Source of the DNA: an uncultured Clostridia bacterium
GTDB taxonomy: Bacteria > Bacillota > Clostridia > TANB77 > CAG-508
DNA length: 36,738 bases
Direction: 5' to 3'
NCBI GenBank assembly: GCA_944392675.1
Contig: CALXXK010000001.1
Span: 1 to 36,738 of the forward strand
Shown here: positions 35,137-36,738 of the stretch, piece after piece
Numbering within the stretch: the first letter of the stretch is position 1
Layout: each line of letters starts with the position of its first letter
Notes under the pieces: generated by a model
Told to the model about the DNA's origin: nothing
Seen by the model: only the letters and a program-made list of their open reading frames with translations
Database searches by the model: none
Translations under genes and position numbers: made by a program

Positions 35137-35673
35137 TTATAATAATTTTTTATCTATTATGTTTCCTTCTATGTCTTTCAAAACAAGTTCTTTTTCATCT
35201 AAAATTAAATAACTATTTTTCGTATCATTTTTTGGTAATGAAATAGAACCTGCATTTGCTACTATTATACCATCTTTTTCTTTTATAAAACCTGTATGAA
35301 TATGTCCATATATTAACATATCTATTTTCTTTTTTGGTAATTTATCAATATTGTATCTATGTCCATGTGTAAAAAATACATTTAAATTATTAACCTTCAT
35401 TTCTAGATTATTTTCTAATTTAAATTCCGAAATCATTTGATCTACTTCTGCATCACAGTTTCCCTTTACTGCTAAAATTTTATCTTTTAAAGAATTTAAT
35501 ATTTTTGCGACTTCCATAGGTGCATAATCTTTAGTCAATGAATTTCTTGGTCCATGATAATATAAATCCCCTAATAAAATTATTTTATCTGGTTTTTCTT
35601 TTTCATTTATTTCTAATATTTTATTTGCATAGTAACTTGATCCATGAATATCTGATATTATTAATAATTTCAT
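35137..35673 (-). CDS. YfcE/MJ0936-family metallophosphoesterase
   Basis: Metallophosphoesterase motifs are present in order: ISDIHGS, LGDLYYHGPRN, GNCD, THGH, GHIH. RBS AGGAGG lies 4 nt upstream. Confidence 0.8.
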   Translation of the reverse strand: MKLLIISDIHGSSYYANKILEINEKEKPDKIILLGDLYYHGPRNSLTKDYAPMEVAKILNSLKDKILAVKGNCDAEVDQMISEFKLENNLEMKVNNLNVFFTHGHRYNIDKLPKKKIDMLIYGHIHTGFIKEKDGIIVANAGSISLPKNDTKNSYLILDEKELVLKDIEGNIIDKKLL

Positions 35674-35727
35674 ATAACCTCCTACTAGCTTTCTGCAATT
35701 AGTATATTTTGTTTAAAGTCATAAACA

Positions 35728-35772
35728 TTTTTATCTAATAAGAATTTCATAAAAATTCCTATTAGATAAAAA
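35728..35772 (-). terminator. Hairpin downstream of prfA (possible terminator or RNA-stabilising stem)
   Basis: TTTTTATCTAATAAGAATTT (35728-35747) pairs with AAATTCCTATTAGATAAAAA (35753-35772), 19 of 20 positions, with a 5-nt loop. There is no clean U-tract after the stem on the minus strand. Confidence 0.35.
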
Positions 35773-35788
35773 ATATCACAAAATTTTT

Positions 35789-36738
35789 TTATTCTTCTTC
35801 ACCTTTTAGTTTTTCTGCTCTATCTGCTGCAATTAAATTATCTATCATTTCGTCAAGGTCTCCATTCAAGAAATTTTCCATTTGATATATACTCATACCT
35901 ATTCTATGATCTGTTATTCTTCCTTGAGGATAATTATATGTTCTTATTTTTTCACTTCTATCCCCTGAACCAACTTGACTTTTTCTTGCATTTGCTACTT
36001 CACTATCTTGTTTTTGTTTTTCTATTTCATATAATTTGGTTCTTAACATTCGCATTGCATTATCTTTATTTTGGAATTGTGATCTTTCTGTTTGACATTC
36101 TACTACTATTCCTGTTGGTTCATGTATAAGCCTTACGGCTGATGAGGTTTTATTGATATGTTGGCCTCCAGCTCCTGAAGCTCTAAACACTTCCATTTTT
36201 ATATCTGATGGATTTATTTCTATTTCTACATCTTCTACTACTGGTAAAACAGCTACAGTCGCTGTTGATGTATGAATTCTTCCACTACTTTCTGTATCTG
36301 GCACTCTTTGTACTCTATGTACACCACTTTCAAATTTTAATCTACTATATGCTCCTTTTCCTGTTATCATAAATGATATTTCTTTATATCCTCCAAGTCC
36401 TGTTTCGTTTTCATTTAAAACTTCTAGTTTCCAATGTTTTTTCTCTGCATACATTGTATACATTCTAAATAGTGTACCCGCAAATAAAGCTGCCTCTTCT
36501 CCTCCAGCTCCTGCTCTTATTTCACAAATAATGTTTTTATCATCATCTGGGTCTTTTGGTATTAATAGAATTTTTAATTCTTCTTCTATTTTTGGTAACT
36601 TATCCTTTGCTTCATAATACTCTGCTTCTGCCAATTCTTTCATTTCTGGATCATGTAATAATTCTTCTGCTTCTTCCATTGCTTGTTTTTCTTTTTTATA
36701 TTCTCTAAATTTTAAAACTATATCTTCTATGCTTGCAT
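35789..36738 (-). CDS. prfA: Peptide chain release factor 1; N-terminus lies outside the window
   Basis: The GGQ motif is [13 protein letters not shown]. The RF1-type recognition loop is [25 protein letters not shown] (a PxT tripeptide rather than the SPF of RF2). The frame stays open upstream of the track's first Met through to the window edge ([25 protein letters not shown]). Confidence 0.9.
   Translation of the reverse strand, partial: ASIEDIVLKFREYKKEKQAMEEAEELLHDPEMKELAEAEYYEAKDKLPKIEEELKILLIPKDPDDDKNIICEIRAGAGGEEAALFAGTLFRMYTMYAEKKHWKLEVLNENETGLGGYKEISFMITGKGAYSRLKFESGVHRVQRVPDTESSGRIHTSTATVAVLPVVEDVEIEINPSDIKMEVFRASGAGGQHINKTSSAVRLIHEPTGIVVECQTERSQFQNKDNAMRMLRTKLYEIEKQKQDSEVANARKSQVGSGDRSEKIRTYNYPQGRITDHRIGMSIYQMENFLNGDLDEMIDNLIAADRAEKLKGEEE

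Overview
This is a very AT-rich chromosomal window from a Clostridia-like spore-forming Firmicute, judged from spoIIE, CotF-type coat genes, AGGAGG-type RBSs and frequent TTG starts. The right part (about 22.1-36.7 kb) is ordinary housekeeping. On the minus strand it carries DUF4321-radC-mreB-mreC-mreD-PBP2-minC. It also carries mecA, an M23 peptidase, two small CotF-domain genes, pcrA, a ZIP metal transporter, a YfcE-type phosphoesterase and most of prfA, which is cut by the window end. The window start cuts a spoIIE-like gene. The left part (1.3-20.9 kb) looks accessory. It holds four giant (1334-1759 aa) cell-wall-sorted surface proteins arranged as a tandem duplication of a two-gene module: a DUF11/SdrD-B repeat protein followed by a Cys-containing adhesin with SpaA/Cna-B domains. 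The block sits where minD/minE would normally follow minC. The most unusual signal is non-coding. Two long rod-like palindromic elements (909-1317 and 30831-31191) share a roughly 50-nt terminal module present four times. Their interiors are unrelated in sequence but each is self-complementary. One has 106-bp perfect arms. I could not recognise any rRNA, tRNA, CRISPR array, transposase, integrase or sortase gene. All functional calls rest on motif recognition by eye, with no database search.
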